A stretch of DNA of 64,000 nt from Neisseria sp. (lineage in GTDB: Bacteria; Pseudomonadota; Gammaproteobacteria; Burkholderiales; Neisseriaceae): contig NZ_JAUNHL010000006.1 of the NCBI RefSeq assembly GCF_030523955.1, positions 1,833 to 65,832 of the forward strand, read 5' to 3'. Under the pieces are notes generated by a model that did not search any database, was not told where the DNA came from, and worked only from the letters and a program-made list of their open reading frames with translations. The translations under genes were made by a program, and so were the position numbers. Shown here in pieces: positions 38,126-48,725 of this stretch (positions are counted from its first letter, which is position 1; every line of letters begins with the position of its first letter).

Positions 38126-39394
38126 ATGACCACAGAAAACCGTAGCTGCTCGTTTTGCGGCAAACCAGAACATGAAGTCAAAAATTTAATCGAGGGGGAG
38201 CACGCCTATATCTGTAATGAGTGTGTCGAAGCGTGCGGCGTAATGCTGGGTGGCAGCGCTGAGGAAGCGGAGGAAACGGCCAAAGGAGCAGAGCATGTTA
38301 TTTCAGCCAAATTACCGACTCCTGCGGAAATCGTGGCCAATCTGAACGACCATGTGATTGGTCAGGAACAGGCGAAAAAGGCGCTTGCGGTGGCGGTATA
38401 CAACCATTACAAGCGTTTGCGTCATCCGAAAAGCAATGAAAACGTAGAATTATCGAAAAGTAATATTTTGCTTATCGGCCCTACCGGATCGGGTAAGACC
38501 TTATTGGCGCAATCTTTGGCGCGAAAATTGGATGTGCCATTTGTGATGGCCGATGCCACCACGCTGACCGAGGCAGGCTACGTGGGCGAAGATGTGGAGC
38601 AGATTATTACCAAGCTCTTGGGCAAATGCGACTTTGATGTGGAAAAGGCGCAGCGCGGTATTGTTTACATCGATGAAATCGACAAAATTTCGCGCAAGAG
38701 TGACAACCCGTCGATTACTCGGGACGTATCAGGCGAGGGTGTGCAACAGGCTTTGCTGAAGCTGGTGGAAGGTACTGTGGCCAGTGTTCCCCCGCAAGGC
38801 GGCCGCAAGCATCCGAATCAGGAATTTATTCAGGTTGATACCACCAATATCCTGTTTATTTGCGGCGGAGCGTTTGCAGGTTTGGAAAAAGTGATCCGCC
38901 AACGTACCGAAAAAGGCGGTATCGGTTTCGGTGCGGCGGTGCACAGCAAAGACGAAGATGCCAAAGTTACCGAATTGCTGCAAACGGTAGAGCCGGAAGA
39001 TTTGATTAAATTCGGCCTGATTCCCGAGTTAATCGGCCGCTTGCCGGTGATTGCCACCTTGGCGGAGTTGGATGAAGCGGCATTAATCAATATTCTTACC
39101 GAACCGAAAAATGCGTTGGTGAAACAATACCAGGCATTGTTTGCGATGGAAGGGGTGGAATTGGAAATCGAACAATCCGCTTTATCCAGCATCGCTAAAC
39201 TCGCGATGGCGCGCAAAACCGGTGCCCGCGGCCTGCGTTCCATCGTTGAGCAATCGCTGTTGGAAACCATGTATCTGCTGCCGAGCTTGAAGGAAGTAAA
39301 AAAAGTGGTGGTGACTGCCGAGGTGATTGATGGTGGCAAACAGCCGTTGATGCTGCGCGAAGATGGGACGGAGTTTATTCCATCGGCTGCTTAA
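38126..39394 (+). CDS. clpX: ATP-dependent Clp protease ATP-binding subunit
   Basis: Zinc finger CSFCGK...CNEC, Walker A GPTGSGKT and the overall AAA+ pattern. clpP is not adjacent. Confidence 0.9.
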   Translation: MTTENRSCSFCGKPEHEVKNLIEGEHAYICNECVEACGVMLGGSAEEAEETAKGAEHVISAKLPTPAEIVANLNDHVIGQEQAKKALAVAVYNHYKRLRHPKSNENVELSKSNILLIGPTGSGKTLLAQSLARKLDVPFVMADATTLTEAGYVGEDVEQIITKLLGKCDFDVEKAQRGIVYIDEIDKISRKSDNPSITRDVSGEGVQQALLKLVEGTVASVPPQGGRKHPNQEFIQVDTTNILFICGGAFAGLEKVIRQRTEKGGIGFGAAVHSKDEDAKVTELLQTVEPEDLIKFGLIPELIGRLPVIATLAELDEAALINILTEPKNALVKQYQALFAMEGVELEIEQSALSSIAKLAMARKTGARGLRSIVEQSLLETMYLLPSLKEVKKVVVTAEVIDGGKQPLMLREDGTEFIPSAA

Positions 39395-39417
39395 TCAGCC
39401 CGAATTTTAGTGGTAAG

Positions 39418-39465
39418 GTTTCAGACAGGCATTCGGATACAACATCTATCCGTGCCTGTCTGAAA
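39418..39465. repeat. DUS inverted pair; a second pair lies at 39574-39617
   Basis: gtttcagacaggcat ... tgcctgtctgaaa. Confidence 0.65.
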
Positions 39466-39634
39466 TTATTATCGTTAAGCGTTTTGGGGTCTTTGCAAAA
39501 TTGATTGTGGCAGCTTAAAAAGCTACGCCATGCTCGGGTTTGAACTGACTTTTTCGTTTTATCAAATATACAAATGCCTGTCTGAAAAACTAGGAATAGC
39601 AGTTTTCAGACAGGCATTTTAGTTATCAGAAGGT

Positions 39635-39955
39635 TTAAACGTGAAAGCTTTCGCCGCAACCGCATTCGTCTTTTACATTCGGATTTTGGAATTTGAAGCC
39701 TTCCTGCAAACCTTCTTTGGTGTAGTCCAATTCGGTGCCGTCCAAGTAAACATGGCTTTTGGGGTCGACAAACACTTTCACGCCGTGGCCTTCGAATACC
39801 ATGTCTTCCGGTTGTACCTCGTCGACAAATTCCAAGGTATAAGCCATGCCGGAGCAGCCGCTGGTTTTTACGCCCAAGCGGATACCTTCGCCTTTTCCGC
39901 GCTTGGTCAAAAAGGTTTGGATATGGTTGGCAGCTTTTTCGGTTAGGGTGATCAT
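39635..39955 (-). CDS. iscA: A-type Fe-S cluster carrier (IscA/ErpA, HesB family)
   Basis: 106 aa with the conserved cysteines ...SGCSGMAY... and ...CGCGESF. Confidence 0.8.
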   Translation of the reverse strand: MITLTEKAANHIQTFLTKRGKGEGIRLGVKTSGCSGMAYTLEFVDEVQPEDMVFEGHGVKVFVDPKSHVYLDGTELDYTKEGLQEGFKFQNPNVKDECGCGESFHV

Positions 39956-40036
39956 GGTCTGAATCCTTAATGGAGAACGTCTTGAATCAATTATATATTC
40001 AGGAAAGACAGTATCTATTAATACGGTTGTTGCTTT

Positions 40037-40285
40037 TCAAGCATCAATTGTTTGTTGCCGTTTCGCCCATGCTACGGCTGCTGTAATAGCGGCTTTGGCT
40101 TGCGGGCTGTTTTTCCAACAGCTAGAGCCGGTTAGGGCTGAACCTTGCTGCAAAATATCGTGAACATCGGCCTGCGCCAGTTTGGCGGTATCGTCCAAGC
40201 CCATTTGTTGCAAACGCAATAACACGGTTTTACCTATGCCTTTTTCGGCCAATAAAGATTGGGTTTCCTTTTCGGTAAACGGCAT
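40037..40285 (-). CDS. Small helix-hairpin-helix-like protein, hypothetical
   Basis: 82 aa from the second ATG, which has an AGGA at -9. The HhH-like motif is EKGIGKTVLLRLQQMGL. It is inserted between iscU and iscA. Confidence 0.4.
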   Translation of the reverse strand: MPFTEKETQSLLAEKGIGKTVLLRLQQMGLDDTAKLAQADVHDILQQGSALTGSSCWKNSPQAKAAITAAVAWAKRQQTIDA

Positions 40286-40329
40286 GGGAGTCATCCTAAA
40301 AATAAAATATTTTCAGACAGGCATACACT

Positions 40330-40596
40330 TTATTTCAGTTGGCTATCTTTACTGCCGCGCCGATTATAAGCGGCGTGGAAAAACTGCTGTTTATCCGCTT
40401 CTTCTTGGCAGGAGACGCACAATTGTACGCCGGGTAGTGCAGTACGGCGAGCCTCGGGAATGGATTCGCCGCATTCCGCGCATTCATGTGCACTGTCGCC
40501 GCTCGGCAGATGCTGGCGGGCAAACGCCAGTGCATCATCTAAAGAAGCGTCGATTTGTGCCTGTTCCGCACCATCGGGTGCCCAACCGCCGGCCAT
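40330..40596 (-). CDS. DksA/TraR-family C4 zinc-finger protein (YbiI-like)
   Basis: 88 aa with CAECGESIPEARRTALPGVQLCVSCQE, a C-x2-C-x17-C-x2-C arrangement typical of PF01258. Confidence 0.6.
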   Translation of the reverse strand: MAGGWAPDGAEQAQIDASLDDALAFARQHLPSGDSAHECAECGESIPEARRTALPGVQLCVSCQEEADKQQFFHAAYNRRGSKDSQLK

Positions 40597-40618
40597 TATA
40601 AATGCCTGTCTGAAAACA

Positions 40619-41002
40619 TTAAGAATTGTGTTTCTTTTTGTAATCAGCTACCGCTGCTTTGATGGCATCCTCGGCCAGAATGGAGCAGTGTACTTTTACC
40701 GGCGGCAATTCCAGCTCTTCGGCGATTTCGCTGTTTTTAATCGCCAAGGCTTCATCTAGGCTTTTGCCTTTTACCCATTCGGTAATCAATGAAGAAGAGG
40801 CGATAGCCGAACCACAGCCGTAGGTTTTGAACTTGGCATCTTCGATGACACCTTCGTCGTTCACTTTGATTTGCAGTTTCATCACATCGCCGCAGGCAGG
40901 AGCACCGACCATGCCGGTACCGACGGAATCGTCGCCTTTTTCGAACGAACCAACATTGCGGGGATTTTCGTAGTGGTCGATTACTTTATCACTGTATGCC
41001 AT
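40619..41002 (-). CDS. iscU: Fe-S cluster assembly scaffold
   Basis: 127 aa with MAYSDKVIDHYENPRNVG...GAPACGDVMKL...; a canonical IscU. Confidence 0.9.
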   Translation of the reverse strand: MAYSDKVIDHYENPRNVGSFEKGDDSVGTGMVGAPACGDVMKLQIKVNDEGVIEDAKFKTYGCGSAIASSSLITEWVKGKSLDEALAIKNSEIAEELELPPVKVHCSILAEDAIKAAVADYKKKHNS

Positions 41003-41155
41003 GGTATGGGTTCCTTGTTGTGTGGTGGTTTACATGCCGCCTAGGGTAATCGGCATGTTCCGTGGTGAACACGGTATTGGTTTATCACATGGGGGCAGGA
41101 TGGTTTTCTTCAATAACTTCTTGTAAACCTTTAAACTATCCTGCATCGTTTGGTT

Positions 41156-41929
41156 TTAAGAGCCTGCCTGGCGGGCCAATAATGCTTCCCAATCATCGTA
41201 TTGGCCTTGGAATTGTTCGGCCAATTCCTCCAAATCGGCAGCGGTTTGTGCCAGTTTGTCGGCATGGATGGAGCCGATATGGGTAAGTTTGACTTGATAG
41301 GCTTCGGTGTGGTCGGCAGACTGAATAATGTCACTCAAATAATTTCCGAGCCGGCTGACGGCTTGGGTATAGGCTTGGGCATTTTCTAAGCTGTCGAAAT
41401 AAATATAGTGGTGTATCGGACGCAATTGCTCCAGATTGTCTCCATGAGCAATCATGGCATCTATAGTGCCTTGATTGCGTTCATAAGCCTGTATCTTGCG
41501 GCTGGGCAATAAGCTGTTGCGGTAAAACAACCATTTTGCATCTTCTTCGGCATTACCTGCTATTTGGAAATCAATCTCAGGCAGGCTGTTTAAATAGGCG
41601 GCATTGTTTTTATGGAACAAATCCGCATCGGTGGCATAGAAAAACTCCACCCGCCGGTGACCGCTGGTCAGAGAACCTACCCATAAGCCGCTGCGGTTTT
41701 GTGCGGCATGTTCACTGATTTGTCCGGCTATTTTTTCCAGTTTCCTAGCATCATCGCTGTTTGGCAGGCCGCTGGCGGTGTCGCCTTGATAGCCGAAAAC
41801 GACGCTACATAAAACCGGTAGGCCGTTTAACGGCGCATTTGCAGCAAAATCGGTGCGGACGCTGACGATGCAGGGCGCTCCGCTGGAAAAAATAGCGTGG
41901 TAGTGATAGTAGGTAGCTTGGTTTGCCAT
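41156..41929 (-). CDS. DUF695-like N-terminal domain fused to an RraB-like (regulator of RNase activity B) C-terminal domain; hypothetical
   Basis: 257 aa. The C-terminal ...IHHYIYFDSLENAQAYTQAVSRLGNYLSDI...YQVKLTHIG... resembles PF06877. It is inserted between iscS and iscU. Confidence 0.4.
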   Translation of the reverse strand: MANQATYYHYHAIFSSGAPCIVSVRTDFAANAPLNGLPVLCSVVFGYQGDTASGLPNSDDARKLEKIAGQISEHAAQNRSGLWVGSLTSGHRRVEFFYATDADLFHKNNAAYLNSLPEIDFQIAGNAEEDAKWLFYRNSLLPSRKIQAYERNQGTIDAMIAHGDNLEQLRPIHHYIYFDSLENAQAYTQAVSRLGNYLSDIIQSADHTEAYQVKLTHIGSIHADKLAQTAADLEELAEQFQGQYDDWEALLARQAGS

Positions 41930-42015
41930 AATGTGCGGACACCGTTAATAGTAAATATTGTTGCTTGGATTATAAGCGATTTTACCATTCTCGGTTAACA
42001 CATTGTCCTACCTGC

Positions 42016-43230
42016 TTAATGCTCTGCCCATTCTACGGTGCTCAAATCGATACCGTCTTGATACATTTCCCACAAAGGCGAGAGTTCGCGCAGTTTGCCA
42101 ATTTTCGATTTGATCAGTTCGGCGGCGAATTTCACTTCTTCTTCGGTGGTCATGCGGCCGAAGGTGATGCGCAGGGAAGAGTGGGCGAGTTCGTCGTTGC
42201 GGCCGAGGGCGCGCAAAACGTAGCTGGGTTCCAATGAAGCCGAAGTGCAGGCCGAGCCGCTGGATACGGCCAGCTCTTTCACGGCCATAATCAGGCTTTC
42301 GCCTTCGACAAAGTTGAAGCTCACGTTGAGGTTGGTGGGCACGCGCCGTTCCAAATCACCGTTGATATACACTTCTTCGATGCCTTCGATGCCTTTTAAG
42401 AACACTTCGCGCAGTTTGAGGGCATGGGTGCGGTCTTGTTCCAATTCTTCGCGGGCGAGGCGGAAGGCTTCGCCCATGCCGACGATTTGGTGGGTGGGCA
42501 GGGTGCCCGAGCGGAAGCCGCGCTCGTGGCCGCCGCCGTGCATTTGGGCCTCGAGGCGCACGCGCGGTTTGCGGCGCACATACAGGGCGCCGATGCCTTT
42601 GGGGCCGTAGATTTTGTGGGCGGAAAGGCTGAGCAGGTCGACTTTGGCGGCTTCTACGTCAATCGGGGTTTTGCCGGCGGCTTGGGCGGCATCGACGTGG
42701 AAGATGATTTTGTTTTCGCGGCAGATTTCGCCGATGGCGGGAATATCTTGGATCACGCCGATTTCGTTGTTGACCCACATCACGGAGATCAGGATGGTGT
42801 CGTCGCGGATGGCGGCTTTGAGTTCGTTTAAATCAATCAGGCCGTTTTCCTGCACGCCCAGATAGGTTACTTCAAAGCCCTGGCGTTCGAGTTCGCGCAT
42901 GGTGTCGAGCACGGCTTTGTGTTCGGTTTTCACGGTGATGAGGTGTTTGCCTTTGCTTTTGTAAAACTGCGCCGCGCCTTTGATGGCGAGGTTGTTGGAT
43001 TCGGTGGCGCCGCTGGTAAACACGATTTCTTTGGCGTCGGCGTTAATCAGTTTGGCGATTTCGGCGCGGGCGTTTTCTACGGCTTCTTCGGCCGTCCAGC
43101 CGAAGCTGTGGCTGTTGGAAGCGGGGTTGCCGAATTGTTCGGTCAAATAAGGAATCATTTTGGCGGCCACGCGCGGGTCGACGGGTGTGGTGGCGGCGTA
43201 ATCAAGGTAAATCGGGGTTTTGATGCTCAT
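42016..43230 (-). CDS. iscS: Cysteine desulfurase
   Basis: 404 aa from [21 protein letters not shown], with the PLP Lys region and the active-site loop SSGSACTS. Confidence 0.9.
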   Translation of the reverse strand: MSIKTPIYLDYAATTPVDPRVAAKMIPYLTEQFGNPASNSHSFGWTAEEAVENARAEIAKLINADAKEIVFTSGATESNNLAIKGAAQFYKSKGKHLITVKTEHKAVLDTMRELERQGFEVTYLGVQENGLIDLNELKAAIRDDTILISVMWVNNEIGVIQDIPAIGEICRENKIIFHVDAAQAAGKTPIDVEAAKVDLLSLSAHKIYGPKGIGALYVRRKPRVRLEAQMHGGGHERGFRSGTLPTHQIVGMGEAFRLAREELEQDRTHALKLREVFLKGIEGIEEVYINGDLERRVPTNLNVSFNFVEGESLIMAVKELAVSSGSACTSASLEPSYVLRALGRNDELAHSSLRITFGRMTTEEEVKFAAELIKSKIGKLRELSPLWEMYQDGIDLSTVEWAEH

Positions 43231-43264
43231 GGTTGGTGTTCTTCCGATATTTGTGGTTATCAAA

Positions 43265-43702
43265 TTATGGTTTGGATTGGAAATTGATAATGCGGTTGTC
43301 TTCGCGCTGATTTAACACGCTTTGCAGGGTGATGCTGCTCAAATAATCATTGATGGTTTGGTTCAAATCTTCCCACAATTGGTGGGTGAGGCAGGGGGTA
43401 CCATTGTGGCAGTTCGCTTTGCTGCTGCACTGGGTGGCATCCAAACTGTCTTCTGCGGCGGCGATGATTTGCGCGATATTAATTTGGTCGGCAGGGGTTG
43501 CCAGAATATAACCTCCGCCGGGCCCGCGTATGCTTTCTACTAAGCTTGCGCGACGTAATTTACTGAACAATTGTTCGAGATAGGAGAGCGAAATTCGTTG
43601 CCGTTCGCTGATGGCATTGAGTTTGACCGCGCCGTGGGGCGAATGCATGGCCAAGTCCAGCATCGCGGTTACGGCGAATCGGCCTTTGGTTGTCAGTCGC
43701 AT
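43265..43702 (-). CDS. iscR: Rrf2-family Fe-S cluster regulator
   Basis: 145 aa with [18 protein letters not shown] and cluster-ligand cysteines at CSSKANC...C. Confidence 0.85.
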   Translation of the reverse strand: MRLTTKGRFAVTAMLDLAMHSPHGAVKLNAISERQRISLSYLEQLFSKLRRASLVESIRGPGGGYILATPADQINIAQIIAAAEDSLDATQCSSKANCHNGTPCLTHQLWEDLNQTINDYLSSITLQSVLNQREDNRIINFQSKP

Positions 43703-43783
43703 GGCGGTTTGCCTTTACTTAAATCATTATGAGTATTTTGTATTATGTGGTGTGTTCGGGTGCTGCGTGGGAGGAATTGTCGT

Positions 43784-43808
43784 ATATCCGAGTGATTTAG
43801 TCAAGTAT
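43784..43808 (-). promoter_or_regulatory. IscR type-1 binding site overlapping a -35-like TTGACT
   Basis: The minus strand reads ATACTTGACTAAATCACTCGGATAT, which matches ATASYYGACTRWWWYAGTCRRSTAT at 23/25 positions, about 80 bp upstream of the iscR start. Confidence 0.5.
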
Positions 43809-43895
43809 TGGCGTGGGCGCAAGATGAAAGCTATCGGGTTGATTGGTACTTCGGGCTATAATCGCTGCTTTGTACTTCATAAAATATAATACGAA

Positions 43896-44306
43896 ATGGA
43901 TTTGTTTTGGCAATATGCCGCATTGGCGCTTTCGGCTTTGACTTCGGCAACGATATTGCCGGGTACGTCGGAGGCGGGGCTGGCTGCTTTGGTTTACAAT
44001 TCGCCGAATGTTTGGATGACGGCATTGGCGGTTGCGACGCTAGGTAATGTGGCGGGCAGTATGATTTCTTACGGTATGGGGTGGTTGTTGCCGAAAAAAT
44101 ATCAGCCGAGCGAACAGGTACAAGATAGGCTGCGACGTTTCGGTCCATGGATGCTGGTGTTGGCGTGGGTGCCTTTGGTAGGGGATGCGCTACCGATTGC
44201 GGCGGGCTGGTTGCGGTTGAATGTGTGGCTGAGCTTGCTGGCGTTGTTTATCGGTAAAGCGGGGCGGTATGCGGTGGTGGTGTGGCTGGCTTTGAAGGCG
44301 GTTTAG
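43896..44306 (+). CDS. YqaA/DedA-family inner-membrane protein
   Basis: 136 aa, 4 TM, with a YqaA-like pattern (...GTSEAGLAAL...GN..G....Y..G). Confidence 0.55.
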   Translation: MDLFWQYAALALSALTSATILPGTSEAGLAALVYNSPNVWMTALAVATLGNVAGSMISYGMGWLLPKKYQPSEQVQDRLRRFGPWMLVLAWVPLVGDALPIAAGWLRLNVWLSLLALFIGKAGRYAVVVWLALKAV

Positions 44307-44319
44307 GTTTGATAAACGA

Positions 44320-44361
44320 ATGCCTGTCTGAAAACCTTGAATTTGGTTTTCAGACAGGCAT
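44320..44361. repeat. DUS inverted pair hairpin, followed at 44425-44512 by a Correia right-half fragment
   Basis: atgcctgtctgaaaa ... ttttcagacaggcat; then ...cttgtattgtctgcggcttgctg...ttttccgctata. Confidence 0.65.
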
Positions 44362-44553
44362 TTTACAGATCCGGCCATAAATGCTGTTTTGGCTTTTTAT
44401 GGCGAAAAAACTTTATTCTGCCACGGTGTTGCTGCGGCCTTGCTGTACGACTTGTATTGTCTGCGGCTTGCTGTTTTGAGGTAAAAATAAGTTTTTCCGC
44501 TATACAAACGCCGTTATAATACCGGATGACTTTTCGCTCTTTAGAAGAACGGC

Positions 44554-45345
44554 ATGAAAGAACATAAAGCCCGCAAACGTTTCGGGCAGAATTTTTTGCA
44601 AGATACCCGCATTATCGCCGATATTGTGAACGCCGTCCGCCCGCAACCGGGTGATACGGTAATCGAAATCGGCCCCGGCTTGGCGGCGATTACCGAGCCT
44701 TTGGCGCGCAAATTGGATAGGCTGCATGTGGTGGAAATCGACCGCGATATCATTGCGCGGCTGAAAAACCTGTCGTTTGCTGATAAGTTGGTGATACACG
44801 AGGGTGATGTGCTGCAATTTGATTTCCGGTCGGTTCCCGGGCGGAAAAAAATCGTCGGCAACCTGCCTTACAATATCTCCACGCCTTTGCTGTTTCGCTT
44901 AAGCGAAGTGGCCGACGAAGTGGCGGAAATGCATTTCATGTTGCAAAAAGAAGTGGTAGAGCGCATGGTGGCGGAGCCGAAAACCAATGATTATGGTCGT
45001 TTGGGCGTGATGCTGCAATATTTTTTCGAAATGGAGCATTTGATAGACGTGCCGCCGGAGTCGTTCGATCCGGCGCCGAAAGTCGATTCGGCGGTGGTGC
45101 GCATGATTCCTTTGCCCGGCCGTATTGGGGTGGCACAGGATTTCGAACATTTTGCCAAACTGGTGAAACAGGCTTTTCATCAGCGGCGTAAAACGATACG
45201 CAATAATCTGAAAGAGTTGGCGGGTGATGAGGATTTGCAGGCGGTGGGCATCAACCCGCAAGACAGGGCGGAGCATATCGCGCCCGAGCTGTATGTGAAA
45301 CTGAGTAATTACCTGGCAGGCAAAAGCCTGTCTGTAAAGGCATAA
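44554..45345 (+). CDS. rsmA: 16S rRNA (adenine1518/1519-N6)-dimethyltransferase
   Basis: The KRFGQNFL start, the SAM motif [12 protein letters not shown] and [16 protein letters not shown] at 44515-44520 lies next to the Correia fragment. Confidence 0.9.
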   Translation: MKEHKARKRFGQNFLQDTRIIADIVNAVRPQPGDTVIEIGPGLAAITEPLARKLDRLHVVEIDRDIIARLKNLSFADKLVIHEGDVLQFDFRSVPGRKKIVGNLPYNISTPLLFRLSEVADEVAEMHFMLQKEVVERMVAEPKTNDYGRLGVMLQYFFEMEHLIDVPPESFDPAPKVDSAVVRMIPLPGRIGVAQDFEHFAKLVKQAFHQRRKTIRNNLKELAGDEDLQAVGINPQDRAEHIAPELYVKLSNYLAGKSLSVKA

Positions 45346-45347
45346 GC

Positions 45348-46073
45348 ATGATCCAATTTAAAAATGTACACAAATATTTCAAAGATTTGCATGTGATTAA
45401 TGGTGTGAACTTGGAAATTAAAGCGGGTGAAGTGGTGGTGGTTTGCGGCCCATCGGGTAGCGGCAAGTCTACGCTTATCCGTACCGTCAACCAGCTTGAG
45501 CCGATCCAGCAGGGTGAAATTTGGGTAGACGGCGTGAATGTGGCCGATCCGGCAACCGATTTGAACAAAATCCGTACCGAAGTGGGCTTTGTGTTCCAGC
45601 ACTTTAATCTTTATCCGCATTTGACGGTGTTGGAAAACATTATTTTGTCGCCGATGAAGGTGAAGAAGCAAAGCCGGGCCGACGCTGAGAAAAAGGCGGT
45701 GGAGTTGCTTGACCGAGTGGGTTTGAAGCATAAAAAAGATGCTTTGCCCAGCGAATTGTCGGGCGGCCAGCAGCAGCGTGTAGCGATTGCGCGTGGATTG
45801 GCCATGGAGCCGCGCGTGATGTTATTCGACGAACCGACTTCGGCGCTTGATCCGGAAATGGTGGGCGAGGTATTGAAGGTGATGAAAGACTTGGCCAAAA
45901 CCGGTATCACCATGATGTGTGTGACCCATGAAATGGGTTTTGCGCGCGAAGTGGCCGACCGCATTATCTTTGTCGACCACGGCCAGATTTTGGAAGAGTC
46001 AGACCCGGAAAGCTTCTTTAATCATCCGCAAACCGATCGTGCCAAGCAGTTTCTGGCACAGATTAAGCACTAA
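45348..46073 (+). CDS. Polar amino acid ABC transporter ATP-binding protein (GlnQ-type), orphan
   Basis: 241 aa with Walker [10 protein letters not shown] and signature [13 protein letters not shown]. It starts 2 bp after the rsmA stop, with no adjacent permease or SBP. Confidence 0.8.
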   Translation: MIQFKNVHKYFKDLHVINGVNLEIKAGEVVVVCGPSGSGKSTLIRTVNQLEPIQQGEIWVDGVNVADPATDLNKIRTEVGFVFQHFNLYPHLTVLENIILSPMKVKKQSRADAEKKAVELLDRVGLKHKKDALPSELSGGQQQRVAIARGLAMEPRVMLFDEPTSALDPEMVGEVLKVMKDLAKTGITMMCVTHEMGFAREVADRIIFVDHGQILEESDPESFFNHPQTDRAKQFLAQIKH

Positions 46074-46093
46074 GTTACTGTATTAAAAACCAA

Positions 46094-46125
46094 ATGCCTG
46101 TCTGAAAAATATTTCAGACAGGCAT
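46094..46125. repeat. DUS inverted pair hairpin
   Basis: atgcctgtctgaaaaa ta tttcagacaggcat. Confidence 0.7.
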
Positions 46126-46166
46126 TTTGTGTTGAGGGGAAGGTGGGGTATGGCGTTGTACAGACC

Positions 46167-46284
46167 GGTTTTATTGTATAGGGGATTAACTTAACTTTCG
46201 CTACGGCGTTGCTGCGCCTTGCCGTACTACTTGTACTGTCTGCAGCTTGCTGCCTTGTATCGAAAATCAATTTAATCCGCTATA
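46167..46284. mobile_element. Correia-like element, short form of about 118 bp
   Basis: tataggggattaacttaactttcgctacggcgttgctgcgccttgccgtactacttgtactgtctgcagcttgctgccttgtatcgaaaatcaatttaatccgctata. Confidence 0.75.
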
Positions 46285-46289
46285 TCAGC

Positions 46290-48347
46290 CTATTGTCCGT
46301 ATTTCTCCCATAAATCTTCTTGCAAATCAACGGGAATGACGCCTTCGCCGCATTCGATGCGGGTGTAACTGCCGTCGCCGTGCATTTCCCAAGCTTTTTG
46401 GTTGTCTTCCAGCGCCATAATCAAACCTTCGCGCAGCACGCGGATTTTGGCTTCTTCATTTTCAATCGGTGTGCAGGTTTCGATGCGGCGGAAGAAGTTG
46501 CGTCCCATCCAGTCGGCACTGGAAATATAGAGGTTTTCTTCGCCGTCGTTATAGAAATAATATACGCGGGCGTGTTCGAGCTGGCGGCCGATAATCGAGC
46601 GTACGCGAATGTTTTCAGACAGGCCTTCTACCTGCGGGCGCAGTGCGCACATGCCGCGCACGATTAAATCGATTTCCACGCCGGCAGCGCTGGCTTCGTA
46701 AAGTGCTTCGATGATGGTGGGCTCAATCAATGAATTGAGTTTGGCGCGGATCAGTGCTTTTTTACCGGCTTTGGCATGTTCGATTTCGCGGCGGATGCCG
46801 GCTATCAGCATCGGATAAAGGGTAAACGGGCTTTGATACACTTTTTGCAAGCGTTTGGGTTGCCCCAAGCCTGTGATTTCCATAAATAAAGTGTTTACAT
46901 CAGCCGTAATCGCTTCATCGGCGGTGAGCAGGCCGAAGTCGGTATAGATACGGGAAGTGCTTTGGTGGTAGTTACCGGTACCCAAGTGGGTGTATCGCTT
47001 CAGGCGGCCGTTTTCGCGACGTACCACCAGCGCCATTTTGGCGTGCACTTTGTAACCGAATATGCCGTAAACCACATGCGCGCCGGCGTTTTCCAGTTGC
47101 TGCGCCCAGTTGACGTTGTTGGCTTCGTCGAAACGCGCCATCAGCTCTACCACCACGGTAACTTGTTTGCCGGCAAGGGCGGCGGCCATCAGTGATGCGG
47201 CCAGTTCTGAATTGGAACCGGTGCGGTAAATCGTCATTTTAATCGCGACCACATCGGGATCGTGTGCGGCTTCGCGGATAAAGTCGACTACCGGCTGGAA
47301 CGATTGATAAGGATGGTGCAGCAGGATGTCTTGTTCCCTGATGGCGTCCAATACCGACAGGCTTTTGCGTAACTGCTTGGGAATGCTGGCGGTTTTGGGC
47401 GGAAATTTCAAATCGGCACGCTCGACCATATCCGGAACCGTCATCAGCCGAACCAGATTGACGGGGCCGTCTACCTGATAAAGGGCGGAAGGGTCGAGTT
47501 TAAAGTGGCTCAATAAATAGGCGGTGATGTGCATAGGGCAGTTTTCGGAAACTTCCAGCCGTACGCCGTCGCCATAATCACGGTCGCGCAATTCGCTCTG
47601 AATGGCAGTACGCAGGTTTTTCAAATCGCTTTCATCGACACTCAAATCGCTGTCACGGGTAACGCGGAACTGGTAATAACCTTTAATCTGCATACCGGGG
47701 AACAGCTTATAGGCATATTCGTGCACGATGGAAGATAAAAAGACAAAACAATCTTGTCCGTCGCACAACTCCTGCGGAAGTTTGATGATGCGCGGCAGGA
47801 TGCGCGGCGCTTGTACGATAGCCATGCCAGAGGCGCGACCGAAGGCGTCTGTGCCTTCCAACTCGATGGCGAAATTCAGGGATTTGTTCAACGGGCGGGG
47901 AAAGGGGTGCGAAGGATCCAGGCCGATGGGGGTGAGAATGGGCAGCAGTTCGTCGTCGAAATATCGCTCAAGCCAAGTACGTTGTTCGGGCGTCCAAGTG
48001 CGGCGGCGGCAGAAATGAATGCCTTCGGCGGCCAGCGCCGGTAACAGTTCCTGATTGAAGAGAGCGTATTGCTCCTTAATAATGGCGTGAGCCTCGGCAC
48101 TGGCGGCCAGTATGGTCTCAGCGGGCGTCATACCGCTGTCGAGAATCAACTGCGGGCGCAGATTATGCTCGCGTTTCAGATAGGCCATACGCACTTCAAA
48201 AAATTCGTCGAGATTGGAAGAGACGATGCAGAGGAAACGCAAACGCTCCAATAGCGGTACCCTTTTGTCTTCCGCTTGTGCCAATACGCGGCGGTTAAAG
48301 GCTAAAAGACTTAATTCGCGGCAAAGAAGACGGTTGGACTGCGGCAT
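46290..48347 (-). CDS. ppk: Polyphosphate kinase 1
   Basis: 685 aa; the N-terminus NRELSLLAFNRRVLAQAED..PLLERLRFLCI.SSNLDEFFEVR is typical of PPK1. Confidence 0.9.
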   Translation of the reverse strand: MPQSNRLLCRELSLLAFNRRVLAQAEDKRVPLLERLRFLCIVSSNLDEFFEVRMAYLKREHNLRPQLILDSGMTPAETILAASAEAHAIIKEQYALFNQELLPALAAEGIHFCRRRTWTPEQRTWLERYFDDELLPILTPIGLDPSHPFPRPLNKSLNFAIELEGTDAFGRASGMAIVQAPRILPRIIKLPQELCDGQDCFVFLSSIVHEYAYKLFPGMQIKGYYQFRVTRDSDLSVDESDLKNLRTAIQSELRDRDYGDGVRLEVSENCPMHITAYLLSHFKLDPSALYQVDGPVNLVRLMTVPDMVERADLKFPPKTASIPKQLRKSLSVLDAIREQDILLHHPYQSFQPVVDFIREAAHDPDVVAIKMTIYRTGSNSELAASLMAAALAGKQVTVVVELMARFDEANNVNWAQQLENAGAHVVYGIFGYKVHAKMALVVRRENGRLKRYTHLGTGNYHQSTSRIYTDFGLLTADEAITADVNTLFMEITGLGQPKRLQKVYQSPFTLYPMLIAGIRREIEHAKAGKKALIRAKLNSLIEPTIIEALYEASAAGVEIDLIVRGMCALRPQVEGLSENIRVRSIIGRQLEHARVYYFYNDGEENLYISSADWMGRNFFRRIETCTPIENEEAKIRVLREGLIMALEDNQKAWEMHGDGSYTRIECGEGVIPVDLQEDLWEKYGQ

Positions 48348-48725
48348 GACGATTCCTCTAAATTAAATATTAAATAAATTAAAGTTTTTTCGATAATATT
48401 CTAGGCCTGTCGATAACACGCCTAAGCAAATAATCTTTAAGTATACCGTGTTTTTCGGCCTGTTTAAGATGACGAACCAATATGCTTGCATAATTTTTCG
48501 TTGGGTTATTTTCAGACAGGCATTTGCATTAAATCAAAGACAGAAGTAATAGGTGAAGGTTTGGGGCAGGAAGATTTGTAGTATCCTGTAATCACGCAAA
48601 AAAATGCTTGCTATCGCCGAATTTAAAGGATATATTTTTGAGACCGTAATGAATTGTAAACAAAAGGCAGCTTTATGGCTGGCTGTGTAAGCAAACTCTA
48701 ATAAACAATCGGAAGGAATAGTAAA

